From Polyangia bacterium (lineage in GTDB: Bacteria; Myxococcota_A; Polyangia; Palsa-1104; JAEUJZ01): DNA of 64,000 nucleotides. The stretch is from NCBI GenBank assembly GCA_046351595.1, contig JAXLYE010000002.1:1432022-1496021 (forward strand), in the 5' to 3' direction. Under the pieces are notes generated by a model. That model made no database searches. It worked only from the letters and a program-made list of their open reading frames with translations, and was not told where the DNA came from. Position numbers and translations under genes: made by a program. This document shows positions 1 to 9,364 of this stretch, piece by piece (the first letter of the stretch is position 1; the number at the start of each line of letters is the position of its first letter).

Positions 1-186
1 GCGACCGACCCGAGCGGAGCGACCGACCCGAGCGGAGCGACCGACCCGAGCGGAGCGAGCGGCCTGAGCGGAGCGACCGACCCGAGCGGAGCGACCGACC
101 CGAGCGGAGCGAGCGGCCTGAGCGGAGCGAGCGGCCTGAGCGGAGCGAGCGGCCTGAGCGGAGCGAGCGGCCTGAGCGCAGCGACC
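1..186 (+). repeat. Ten 18-bp tandem repeats (gaccgacccgagcggagc / gagcggcctgagcggagc) that encode (D/E)RPERS hexapeptide repeats inside the helicase ORF
   Basis: Seen directly in the sequence. The period is 18 bp and keeps frame 3; two unit variants alternate. Confidence 0.85.
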
Positions 187-977
187 GTGAGCGCCGCCGC
201 GACGAGCCGGCCGCGGCCCGCCGCCGCGACGAGGAGCGCCCGCGCCGCCGCGAGGAGCCGGGCGAGCGTCGCCGTGAAGAGGAGCCACGCGCCCCGCGCG
301 CCGAGAGCGTGCCCGCGGAGCCGGTGCGCTTCCTCGACGCGCCGGCGCTGGAGACGCCGCCGCCTCCGGTCGGCGCGCCGCCGCTCGTGCCGCCGCCTGT
401 GCCGCCGCCTGCGCCGTCTGCCGAGGCCCCTGCCGCCGCGACGCCGCCGCCGTCTGCCGAGGCCGCGAGCGCCGAGGGGGAGGAAGGGGACGGCCGGCGC
501 AAACGCCGCAGCCGCCGCGAGCGCACGGGCGGCGAGGGCCGGGTCTCGGGCGTGCTCGCCCCCGGTCCCGACGACATCATCCACGCCGACGACGGCCGCG
601 AGTTCTGGGAGGCCTGGGCCGATGCCCGCGCCGCCGCGACCTCGCCGACCCCCGGCGAGCCCGCCAAGCCCGCGCCCGAGCCCGCCGCCGACAGCGGCAA
701 GCGCTCGAGCCGCAGCGAGGCCAGTCGCCCGCCGGTGGCCTCGGTGGCGCCGGGCCTGGTCCGGCTGTACCTGAACCTCGGCCGCCGCGACGGCTTCGAG
801 GAGCAGGCGCTGACCGACCTGCTGGCCCAGAAGGGGCTGAGCGGCCTGACCGCGGAGCTGCACAACTCGCACACGTACCTGTACGCCGCCGAGCCGCAGG
901 TGGACGCCGTCTGCGCGGCGCTGACCGGTCACCAGTTCAGCGCCCGCACCACGGTCTGCGAGCGCGCCCGCCGCTAG
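1..977 (+). CDS. C-terminal fragment of a DEAD-box RNA helicase (RE-rich linker plus DbpA/DeaD-type RNA-binding domain); 5' end lies outside the window
   Basis: Frame 3 is open from base 3 and has high GC3. The C-terminus VRLYLNLGRRDG...ALTGHQFSARTTVCERA matches the DbpA RNA-binding domain pattern recalled from memory. Stop is TAG at 975-977. Frame 2 carries stops inside the repeat and frame 1 shows no conservation. Confidence 0.6.
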   Translation, partial: DRPERSDRPERSDRPERSERPERSDRPERSDRPERSERPERSERPERSERPERSERPERSDRERRRDEPAAARRRDEERPRRREEPGERRREEEPRAPRAESVPAEPVRFLDAPALETPPPPVGAPPLVPPPVPPPAPSAEAPAAATPPPSAEAASAEGEEGDGRRKRRSRRERTGGEGRVSGVLAPGPDDIIHADDGREFWEAWADARAAATSPTPGEPAKPAPEPAADSGKRSSRSEASRPPVASVAPGLVRLYLNLGRRDGFEEQALTDLLAQKGLSGLTAELHNSHTYLYAAEPQVDAVCAALTGHQFSARTTVCERARR

Positions 978-1304
978 CCTCCCTGTCCCGTCGCCGGGCG
1001 GTGGCCGCGGTCCCTCGCATCACCGCCTGCCCGGCCGGCCCTCCCCTCTGCACCTTGTACCTCTTGGCCGTGCGCCGCCGCTGGGCGGGCGCGGCCGTCC
1101 GTGTGTGCTGCGGGCCGTGCGGCTCCTTGCGGTTGGCCTCGCAGCCGGCCGCGGGCGGCGCTGCATGGTCCCTGACCTGGTGGCTGGTTCTCGGTCCGGG
1201 CCTGTTCCCGGCTCCCGCCCGGTCGGGCCGGGCAGCCTCGGCCGGGGGGCTGGACCCGCGCTCTTTCCGCGCGGTTTTGTCACCGGACAAAAGTCCGATG
1301 CCCC

Positions 1305-2897
1305 GTGTATGAGATAATGGAGGCGGTGTTGCGCTGTGTGCTTGACCTGGGTCCCCTCCGGCCGCGACTGACGCGGCTGCTGCTGATCGGCGTGTGCCTC
1401 GGCGGCGGCCTGCAGTGCCGGCGCGCCGAGCCGCAGGCCGAGGCGCAGCGGCCGGCTCGAGCGGGCGCCGCGGCCGGGGCCGCCCCGGTGTCCGAGCGCG
1501 CCAGCCTGCAGACGGTGCGGCCCGGTCACTCGGAGCCGGCCCGCCCGCCCGAGGCGGGCGCGGTGCCGCGGGCGCTGCAGCGCTGCTTCCCCGAGGACAC
1601 GGCGCTCTCGCCGCCGCGGTCGCTGTCGGCGCTGCTCGGCCGCTCGGCCGACCGCTACGAGCTGGCGGCGCAGCCGGCCGTGCACCATGCACCCGGCAGC
1701 CGCGACACCGCGGCCCCGGGCCCGAGCGATCCGCGGGGCGCGACGGACCCGCAAGGTACGACGGCTGCGAAGGATACGAAGGATACGAAGGATACGAAGG
1801 ACGCGAAGGACGCGAAGGACCCGAAGGCGGCGACGGACGCGCTGTACCGCGAGTCGCTGGCCTGTGCCGACGAGGCGCTGCGCATCGACCCGCGCGCCGT
1901 CGAGGCGCTGCACAACCGCGGGCTGGCGCTGCAGGCGCTGGGCCAGCTCGAGGCGGCGCGCGACGCCTTCACCCGCGCGCTGGCCATCGACCCCGACGAC
2001 GCCGAGACGCTGGCCGGGGCCGCCGATCTCTACGTCAACCACCTGCCCGCGAGCGCCGAGTACAGCGCCATCGGCGTCGAGTACGCGCGCCGCGGCGAGC
2101 AGCGCCTGCGCGCGGTGCGCAACCGCGAGGGCAGAAAGCCGCTGCTCGGTCGGCTGATGCTGCTGGAAGGGCAGGGGCTGATCGATCTGGGGCGGGCGCG
2201 CGAGGCGCTCGGGCGGCTGGACGCCTCGATCGCGACCAGCGACACGGTGCAGGCGCGCTACGAGCGGGCGCTGGCGCTGTTCGACCTGTGCCGCTTCGCC
2301 GACGCCAAGCGCGGCTTCCAGGACGTGCTGGAGCGCGACGCCGACGACGCCTGGGCCCACTACCACCTGGGGCTGGTGCTCGAGCAGCTCGGCCAGCCCG
2401 CGGCTGCCGAGACGGAGCTCGGGACCGCGCGCCGCCTGGCGCCGCAGGACTTCACGGCGCCGCTATCGGTGTCGCCGGCCGAGTTCAAGGCCATCGTCGA
2501 CAAAGAGGTGCTGGCGCTGCCGCCCGAGCTGCGCGCGGACCTGCGCCACGTCGCGCTCGAGACCGCGGAGCTGCCCGACCTCTCGGACCTGCGCGCCGAG
2601 GAGCCGCCGCTGTCGCCGACGATCCTGGGGCTGTTCCGCGGCCTGCCGCTGCCGACGCCGCAGTCGCTGCCGACGCCGGCCGAGCGGATGTCGGCGGGCG
2701 CGGCACCGGCTCTGCCCCCGGCCCAGGCTCTCGGCGAGAGCGAGCAGCGGACCATCGTGCTCTACCGCAAGAACCTCCTGCGCGCGGTGAAGACCCGCGA
2801 CGAGCTGGTGCAGCAGGTGCGCATGACGCTCCTGCACGAGCTCGGGCACCTGCGCGGCGAGGACGACGACGAGCTGCGCGCGCGCGGCCTGGAGTGA
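1305..2897 (+). CDS. Secreted TPR-repeat protein with a C-terminal zincin-like metallopeptidase domain (HExxH); carries a KDT/KDA tripeptide repeat
   Basis: 530-aa ORF with high GC3. It has an N-terminal signal-like hydrophobic stretch (LLLIGVCLGGGLQC), TPR-like helices, and the C-terminal motif TLLHELGHLRGEDDDEL typical of minimal zincin (DUF1025-like) proteins. A 9-bp x6 repeat lies at about 1765-1820. The start is ambiguous (ATG 1305/1317, TTG 1329; a GGAGG sits at 1319). Confidence 0.6.
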   Translation: MYEIMEAVLRCVLDLGPLRPRLTRLLLIGVCLGGGLQCRRAEPQAEAQRPARAGAAAGAAPVSERASLQTVRPGHSEPARPPEAGAVPRALQRCFPEDTALSPPRSLSALLGRSADRYELAAQPAVHHAPGSRDTAAPGPSDPRGATDPQGTTAAKDTKDTKDTKDAKDAKDPKAATDALYRESLACADEALRIDPRAVEALHNRGLALQALGQLEAARDAFTRALAIDPDDAETLAGAADLYVNHLPASAEYSAIGVEYARRGEQRLRAVRNREGRKPLLGRLMLLEGQGLIDLGRAREALGRLDASIATSDTVQARYERALALFDLCRFADAKRGFQDVLERDADDAWAHYHLGLVLEQLGQPAAAETELGTARRLAPQDFTAPLSVSPAEFKAIVDKEVLALPPELRADLRHVALETAELPDLSDLRAEEPPLSPTILGLFRGLPLPTPQSLPTPAERMSAGAAPALPPAQALGESEQRTIVLYRKNLLRAVKTRDELVQQVRMTLLHELGHLRGEDDDELRARGLE

Positions 2898-3168
2898 TCG
2901 ATGACACGGGCGACCGGCGCAGGCCAGAGGACAGCCGTAGCGATGCCGCCAGCGACGCTGCGGCCTGCCGCGGGGCGTGTCGGCACGGCGGTCCCGAGGG
3001 CGCGGCGGAGCGGGTCGCATTCCGGTTCGTGTTTTCGGTCGTGTTTCTGGCCGGCAACGGTGCAGGCGCCCCGGCTCGCGCCCGCGCACGGCCGGGGCTC
3101 GCCGGTCCCGTCGTTGCACCGTCGGCAGATTGACCAAAGGCCTTGTAGCTAGGTAAGCTGGGTCGGCT

Positions 3169-4938
3169 GTGAAGACTTGTCCCCAGTGTCAGATCAAGTA
3201 CCCAGACGTGCTTGAGTTTTGTCCTCGGGACGGGTCCCCCCTGCCGGGAGGCGCCGCCAAGGACGCCGCGCCCGATCCGCTCATCGACACCACCATCGAC
3301 GGGCGTTACGCGATCGAAGCGCGCCTGGGCGAGGGCGGCATGGGCGTCGTCTACAAGGCGCGCCACGTCCTCATCGACAAGCCGGTCGCGATCAAGATCC
3401 TGCGCAAGGAGGCGGCGCAGGACACCGCGTCGGTGCAGCGCTTCATCCAGGAGGCCAAGTCGGCCTCCAAGATCAACCACAGCAACATCGTCGACATCAC
3501 CGACTTCGGCGTGCTCCCCGACGGGCACGCCTACTTCGTGATGGAGTTCTTGCAGGGTCCGACGCTGGCGCAGGCGATCCAGGGCGGCCCGATGGACTCG
3601 GCGCGGGTGTGCTCGATCGGTGCCCAGGTGTCGCGCGGCCTGCACGCCGCCCACCAGAAGGGCATCGTCCACCGCGACCTGAAGCCCGAGAACATCTTCC
3701 TCCTCGATCGCGAGGGGCAGAAGGACTACGTCAAGATCGTCGACTTCGGCATCGCCAAGGTCGGCGGCGGCGCCAAGCTGACGCAGGTCGGCATGGTGCT
3801 CGGCACGCCCGAGTACATGTCGCCCGAGCAGGCGACCGGCCAGGAGACCGATCACCGCGTCGATCAGTACGCCCTCGGCTGCATCATGTACGAGATGCTG
3901 ACCGGGGCGGTCCCCTTCCTCGGCGAGCGGCCGGCGCAGACGCTGACCAAGCACGTCTTTGAGCCGGTGATCGCGCCGCGCAAGCGCAAGCCCGAGCTCA
4001 ACATCCCGGCCCCGCTCGAGGCGGTGGTGCTGCGCACGCTCGAGAAGAAGCCCGAGAAGCGCTTCCCCTCGATGCGCGAGCTCGAGCAGGCGCTGATGCA
4101 GGTCGAGCAGGAGATGAAGGGCGGCCGCGTCGTCATCGAGGACGCGAAGCTGCTCGGCAGCGGCGGCGGCAGCGGCCAGATGTCGACGGTGCCGGCGGCG
4201 CCGCAGCAGCAGGGCACCAGCGGTCCCCAGCTTGCGCCCGCGCCCGCGGCCGCGCCCGTGCAGCCCGGCTTCTTCCCGGCCGCCGCGCCGCCGCTCGGCG
4301 GCAGCTACCCGCCGACGCCGGGGGTGATGGTCGCTCCGGGCGTGGCGCCGGGCGGCTCGCTGGTGCGGCCGACGCGCGAGGGCCTCGAGGTGCAGAAGAC
4401 GCGGCAGCTCCGCAAGGTGCTGGCCGCGGTGGCGGGCGCGCTCACCGTCGTCATCGTGCTGCTCGTCTACTTCCTGCTCAGCAAGGACGAGCCGAAGACG
4501 CCGGCGGTGCCGCCGGTCAAGCCGCTGAAGGTCGACACGCCGCCCAAGGTCGACACGCCGACGGTGCCGCCGCCGGTGCGCATCGACACGCCGCCGCCGC
4601 CGGCCACGGTGTCGCTGCTGGTCACCTCCAAGCCGCCTGGCGCCGACGTGGTCGTCGACGGCGACGTCAAGGGCATCACGCCCGTGCGCTTCGTCCACAA
4701 GCGCGGCGCCACGCTCGCCCTCGAGGTGCGCAAGAAGGGCTTCGAGTCGTTCACGCAGGAGCTCTCGCCCGAGAAGGACGAGGTCGTCGACGTCAAGCTC
4801 GAGAAGGAGCGCAGCGGCGGCAAGCGCTCCAACGGCGGCAGCAAGGGTAAGACCACGCCCAAGGCGGGCGGCGGCACCAAGAGCGGCAAGCAAGGCGGCT
4901 CGCTGCCGAGCGGGCTTCGCGATCCGTTCAAGCGCTAA
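3169..4938 (+). CDS. Ser/Thr protein kinase with an N-terminal C4 zinc ribbon, one transmembrane segment and a C-terminal PEGA domain
   Basis: GTG start. Kinase motifs are present: GEGGMGVVYKA, HRDLKPEN, DFGIAKV, PEYMSPEQ. The N-terminus is CPQCx12FCPRDG. A hydrophobic segment runs around residues 415-440. The C-terminus LVTSKPPGADVVVDGDVKGITPV is PEGA-like. Confidence 0.85.
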   Translation: MKTCPQCQIKYPDVLEFCPRDGSPLPGGAAKDAAPDPLIDTTIDGRYAIEARLGEGGMGVVYKARHVLIDKPVAIKILRKEAAQDTASVQRFIQEAKSASKINHSNIVDITDFGVLPDGHAYFVMEFLQGPTLAQAIQGGPMDSARVCSIGAQVSRGLHAAHQKGIVHRDLKPENIFLLDREGQKDYVKIVDFGIAKVGGGAKLTQVGMVLGTPEYMSPEQATGQETDHRVDQYALGCIMYEMLTGAVPFLGERPAQTLTKHVFEPVIAPRKRKPELNIPAPLEAVVLRTLEKKPEKRFPSMRELEQALMQVEQEMKGGRVVIEDAKLLGSGGGSGQMSTVPAAPQQQGTSGPQLAPAPAAAPVQPGFFPAAAPPLGGSYPPTPGVMVAPGVAPGGSLVRPTREGLEVQKTRQLRKVLAAVAGALTVVIVLLVYFLLSKDEPKTPAVPPVKPLKVDTPPKVDTPTVPPPVRIDTPPPPATVSLLVTSKPPGADVVVDGDVKGITPVRFVHKRGATLALEVRKKGFESFTQELSPEKDEVVDVKLEKERSGGKRSNGGSKGKTTPKAGGGTKSGKQGGSLPSGLRDPFKR

Positions 4939-5487
4939 TCGTCTCTCTCTTCTCCTCGAGCACGGTGCTTGAAACCGTCTCGAGGGAGGAACCAGAGCGG
5001 TTCCTCCCTCGGGCTCCCGCCTCCCTTCACGGGTCCTTGGGTGTTGCTGGGAGCCCGGACCGCTCGTGCGCTCAGACCCTAGCGCGCCGCAACGTCCGCG
5101 TGGGTGGACAAGATGCGTCGTTTACAGACGACGCCGCCGCTACCGGGAAGTGACCCCACCACCAAAAGGGAGCTGGCGGGGCTCTGCTTTGCGACGCTCC
5201 CCTTCCCGCACGTACGGCCCTACGCCACCGCCGCCCTCTCCTGCACGTTGTCTGCAGCGCGCACGGCTCTACGCCAAGGCCCCCTCTCCTGCACGTCGTC
5301 TGCAGGGCGCACGGACCTCCGCCAGGGCGGACGTTGCGAAGCGCTAGGGTCTGAGCGCACGGTCGGTCCGAACCACCGGCGAGACTCAAGGACCCGTGAA
5401 GGGAGGCGGGAGCCCGAGGGAGGAACCGCTCTGGTTCCTCCCTCGAGACGGTTTCAAGCACCGCGCTCGAGGAGAAGAAGAGAGCTA
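4939..5487. repeat. Large imperfect inverted repeat with arms of about 160 bp (4939-5100 and 5325-5487) around a ~225-bp core that holds two ~46-bp direct repeats; each arm has a 13-bp perfect hairpin (cgagggaggaacc-agagc-ggttcctccctcg)
   Basis: The reverse complement of 5325-5487 aligns almost base-for-base with 4939-5100, apart from one ~27-bp divergent patch. Both arms start at the stop codons of the convergent flanking genes (..ttcaagcgcTAA and CTAacgcttgag..). Confidence 0.8.
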
Positions 5488-8400
5488 ACGCTTGAGAAAC
5501 AGCTCGTTGACGATGTGAATCGCCGCGACGATCGTCAGCACGATGGCGAACGGAATGTGAATGATCTTCCACTCGCGGAACATCGGCTCGATCTTGGGCA
5601 GCAGCACGCGGCGGCACTCGATGAGCGCCAGCTCGGTTGCGACCTGCGCGACGCGCGTGCGCGCCTTGGGATCCTTGATGCCCTTGAGCCGCAGCCTGAG
5701 CAGCGTCGAGCGGAACGGCCGCACGATGGCGTCGGCGGTGTACATCCACAGCGCAGTGATGCCGGCGCGCGCGCCCGACATGCCGGGGTCCGCGACCTTG
5801 CTGTACTTGCGCCGCAGCTTCTCGTAGAAGCGGTCCGCGACGTTGACGCCGGCGTGGCGGTTGCGGAGCTCCGCCATCTTGCGCTCCAGGTCGAGCACGC
5901 GCAGCGACGCCTGCGACGCCAGGTCGGGGACGACCGTCGAGATGTAGCGCCCGACGACGCCCGAAACCAGCGCCGCCACCATCGACCACACCGCGACCGA
6001 GACCCAGTTATCCAGCTTGCCGGCGGTGTGCATCAGCACCAGCACCGGACCGATGGCGCCGGCCCAGACGTGCCAGTCGAACCACGAGCGCTGCGCGCCG
6101 ACCTTGCGCATGAACGGCAGCCACTTGCGCCCCGAGTAGAACATCGAGGCGAACATGACGACGGTGCCGATGTAGCCGAGCCACTGCGCCAGCGCCTCGG
6201 TCGGCTTGTACTCGATGTTCTCGAGCGCGAGCTCCGGCTCCATCGCCTGGTACTTGGTCAGGTAGTGGAACAGCCCGGACCACTCGGGCATGAGCTTGCG
6301 CAGCGCGATCTCGCCCAGGCACGCGAGCGAGCCGAGGATGCCGATGACCCACAGCCACGTCGTGTTCAGCTTCTGCTCGACGGCGCGGCCCTTGTCGTCC
6401 TCCTCTGAGAGCCCCTTGTAGAACTTCTTCGGGTCGAAGATCTCGTTGGGGTTGAACATCACCGTGTGCTCGAAGCCGCCCTTGGCGGCGTCGGACATCT
6501 GCTCGGTGCGCTCGACGAACGCGGCCTCGGGCGGGATCTCGAGCAGTGCGCCGGTGGGGCACGCCGAGATGCACGCCTGATCCTCGTAGTTTATGCAGTG
6601 GTCGCACTTGCTGGCGATGCGGCGCAGCCGGGCCTTGCGCGGCTTGCCGTCGCCGAACGCCAGCTTGTTGTCCTTCTCGAGCCGCAGCTTGAGCAGCGGC
6701 TTGTCATCGAGCTCGTGCATCTCGATGGCGTCGTACGGGCAGGCCAGCGCGCACAGCGAGCAGCCGATGCACGAGTCCTCCGAGATGATGACTTCCTTCT
6801 TCTCGGTGTCGAACTTGATGCTGTCGTAGGCGCACGGGTCGATGCAGCGCTGGTCGACGCAGGTGTGGCAGCAGTCGACGAAGTCGAGCGCGCCCAGCAC
6901 CTTGCCGTTCAGCGACAGGCGCTTGGCGCCGTAGCGCTGCTCGCACGCCTTCTCGCACTCGTAGCACTCGATGCACTTGTCGAGCTCGCGCACGCGCAGC
7001 GACATCGACACCGACAGGCCGTGGCGCACGAAGAAGTCGGCGACCAGGGCGCGGGCGCCGGTGTTGGCGGCCAGGCGCGAGCGCGCGGCATCGGCGGCGC
7101 GGCGCACGCGCTCGCCGAAGAAGTGGTAGGTGCGGCGCCACACGTCCAGGCGCTGCAGCGAGATCGACAGCGCCCGGATCGGCGTCACCGAGTAGACCGC
7201 CAGCCCGACCGCATCGGGGCCCTGCGCCTCGACGCTGACCAGGTCGCCCTCGTTGAACAGGCCGAGGTTGGACTCGCACAGCCGGATCATGGGGCCGGCT
7301 TCCTGGCGGCGGTTGTACTCGCGCTTCTCGGCCTTCTTGTCGCCGGGCTTGTAGGCGCGCTGCGCCCGCCGCTCCTTGTCGAGCACCTCGGGCTTGAAGC
7401 GCGCCAGCGCCACCTGGCCCTCGACGAGCAGCACCGCGCGCCCGTCGGTTTCGAGCAGCATGTCGCGGCCCATGGCGCAGAGCTTCAGGTCGCCGGACTT
7501 GATGGCGTCGGTGACAAACTGCGGGTTCAGGCCGTTGAGCAGCGGCGCCTTGCGCACCGCCTCCCACGCCTCCTGCGCCGGGTCCTTGCCGACGGGGGCC
7601 GCGGCGGCCTTGGCCTCGCCGAGGCCGAAGGCGCCGAAGAAGCGGCCGATCATCGTCGCTTCGTGCTGCGGCTCGTCGGCCAGCGAGCCGCCGCCGCCGC
7701 CGCTCGGGGAGCTGCTCTCGAGGAACTTGTCGAGGCTGGCGGCGCCGCTGATCGCGGCCTTGAGCTCCGCGGCCTCGGCCTGGGTCAGAAGGCGCGACGG
7801 ATCAATCGGTGCCAGCACCGCCTTGGAGCGCGCCTTGACGTCGGCGACCGGCTTCTTCTTGCCCTTGCTCGGCTGGCCGAACTGCGTCGCCTCGCCGATG
7901 ACCGAGGCCTCGCCGCCGCCGGCGCTGGTGGTCGCGCCGCCGCCGCCGCTGCCACCCATGTTCATCTGGCGCGCGATGGCGGCGAAGTCGATGGGCCCCT
8001 CGGAGATGCGGGTCGACTCGTTGTTGGCCTCCATGCTGTGGCCGGGCATCTGGCCGGGGCCGAGCTGCGGCCCGCCGACCGCCGGCGCCTCGAGCGACGG
8101 CGTCATCATCATCTGCGTCGCTTCGTTGTTCGCGTAGATGCCCGCCGGCGGCGCGGCGGGGCGCGCGGGCTCGGGCGGGCGGGCCGGCGTCGGGTTGCCG
8201 CGCGCGCCGGGCAGCGCCACCTCGCCCGGGCGGTTCAGCGGCGCCGCGGATCCGAAGTCGGGGATCATCGGCTGCGCCATCATCACCGTCGCCTCGCCGG
8301 TCATCGGCTCGTCCAGGCTGGGCAGGGCGGCGGGCTTGGGCGGAGACGGCGCCGGCGCGGGCTTGGGCGGCGGCGCGGGCTTGGGCGGCGCGGGCTTGGG

Positions 8401-8670
8401 CGGAGACGGCGGCGCCGGCGTCGGCGGCCGCGGCGGCGTCGACGGCGCCGTCGGCTTGGGCGGCGGCACGGTGACCGCCTTCATCTGGCTGGTCATCCGG
8501 ATCGGGCGCGGCGGCTTCGGGGCATCGTCCTCGTCGTCGTCGTCGCCAGCCAGGCTACCGAGCGCAGGGGCCCCCTTGGCTCCCGGCGCCGGGCCGGGCG
8601 GGTTGCGGTTCTTGCTCGCGTCGGTGTTCCCCGGGCCTCCCTTGGGCGGCTCGGGTGTGCGCAAGGCCAT
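5485..8670 (-). CDS. Large multidomain protein: Pro-rich low-complexity N-terminus, several 4Fe-4S ferredoxin-type cysteine clusters, and a C-terminal polytopic membrane domain
   Basis: 1061-aa ORF. It carries the clusters CIECYECEKAC, CHTCVDQRCIDPC, CIGCSLCALACP and CDHCINYEDQACISACP, followed by hydrophobic helices (WLWVIGILGSLACLGEIAL, IIHIPFAIVLTIVAAIHIV). The N-terminal boundary is uncertain because of the low-complexity PPKPAPP stretch. Confidence 0.7.
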   Translation of the reverse strand: MALRTPEPPKGGPGNTDASKNRNPPGPAPGAKGAPALGSLAGDDDDEDDAPKPPRPIRMTSQMKAVTVPPPKPTAPSTPPRPPTPAPPSPPKPAPPKPAPPPKPAPAPSPPKPAALPSLDEPMTGEATVMMAQPMIPDFGSAAPLNRPGEVALPGARGNPTPARPPEPARPAAPPAGIYANNEATQMMMTPSLEAPAVGGPQLGPGQMPGHSMEANNESTRISEGPIDFAAIARQMNMGGSGGGGATTSAGGGEASVIGEATQFGQPSKGKKKPVADVKARSKAVLAPIDPSRLLTQAEAAELKAAISGAASLDKFLESSSPSGGGGGSLADEPQHEATMIGRFFGAFGLGEAKAAAAPVGKDPAQEAWEAVRKAPLLNGLNPQFVTDAIKSGDLKLCAMGRDMLLETDGRAVLLVEGQVALARFKPEVLDKERRAQRAYKPGDKKAEKREYNRRQEAGPMIRLCESNLGLFNEGDLVSVEAQGPDAVGLAVYSVTPIRALSISLQRLDVWRRTYHFFGERVRRAADAARSRLAANTGARALVADFFVRHGLSVSMSLRVRELDKCIECYECEKACEQRYGAKRLSLNGKVLGALDFVDCCHTCVDQRCIDPCAYDSIKFDTEKKEVIISEDSCIGCSLCALACPYDAIEMHELDDKPLLKLRLEKDNKLAFGDGKPRKARLRRIASKCDHCINYEDQACISACPTGALLEIPPEAAFVERTEQMSDAAKGGFEHTVMFNPNEIFDPKKFYKGLSEEDDKGRAVEQKLNTTWLWVIGILGSLACLGEIALRKLMPEWSGLFHYLTKYQAMEPELALENIEYKPTEALAQWLGYIGTVVMFASMFYSGRKWLPFMRKVGAQRSWFDWHVWAGAIGPVLVLMHTAGKLDNWVSVAVWSMVAALVSGVVGRYISTVVPDLASQASLRVLDLERKMAELRNRHAGVNVADRFYEKLRRKYSKVADPGMSGARAGITALWMYTADAIVRPFRSTLLRLRLKGIKDPKARTRVAQVATELALIECRRVLLPKIEPMFREWKIIHIPFAIVLTIVAAIHIVNELFLKR

Positions 8671-9094
8671 GGTTCCCCCTCGAGTGCGCTGGCGAGTGCG
8701 CTAGGTAGAGTACGCGGGTCACTTTATCACGACCTGCCGAAGCTGTTCGAGGACAAACGCCTGAACCTCACGATACGTCAGGTCGATCCCGCTGGGAGGC
8801 TCGCCGGGGGCCCGCCGCGCCGATTTCTTCAGGGCAATTCGAGCCCCTGCAGGGGCAGCGGGCGCCCATCGTGTGCGGCTTTATGCGCCTGCCGTGCGCC
8901 GCGCCTGCATCCCGTGCGCGGCGGCCGGGTCGTGGGCCCGGCGCCAGCAGGCCGCGAGGTCACAGGGCTCACGTTCCGGCAGCACGACCCGACCAGAGAC
9001 GCCGCGAAAAGGTTTCGAGAGAATTTCGTTGACACAGGAGGACCAGGTCGGCTACCTAATTGAGCACTTCTTTGCACGTCTGTGTGAAGGGGGA

Positions 9095-9173
<79 letters not shown>

Positions 9174-9212
9174 GGCCGCAGCGATTCACGTCGCTGCGGC
9201 CTTTTTGTTTTT
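9174..9212 (+). terminator. Rho-independent terminator after tRNA-Pro
   Basis: An 11-12-bp GC-rich stem (ggccgcagcga...tcgctgcggcc) is followed by cTTTTTGTTTTT, with further T-runs up to 9260. Confidence 0.8.
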
Positions 9213-9364
9213 CCGCCCTATTTTCCGCCCTGATTTTCCGTCCTGTTTTTCGCTCTGTCTCTCAGGCCGGCCGGTCCGCTGGCGCCGCGCGCGCAAGGGC
9301 TACCAGGGCGCGCTTCGCCCGGGTGAGGCTGGGGCCCCTTTGCCGGGGCCTCGGCGGGCGGGCC

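Noticed and set aside
937-2366. Long minus-strand ORFs (937..1692, 1020..2366) and plus-strand 1394..3133
   Set aside because: These are antisense or alternate-frame read-through typical of a 70% GC genome. They have no conserved motifs, and the RVLRVL repeat is simply the antisense of the KDTKDT repeat.
5066-5347. Small ORFs inside the palindromic element (5066..5347, 4965..5153)
   Set aside because: Arg/Pro-rich with no start or RBS context, and they overlap the symmetric arms. They are more likely non-coding.
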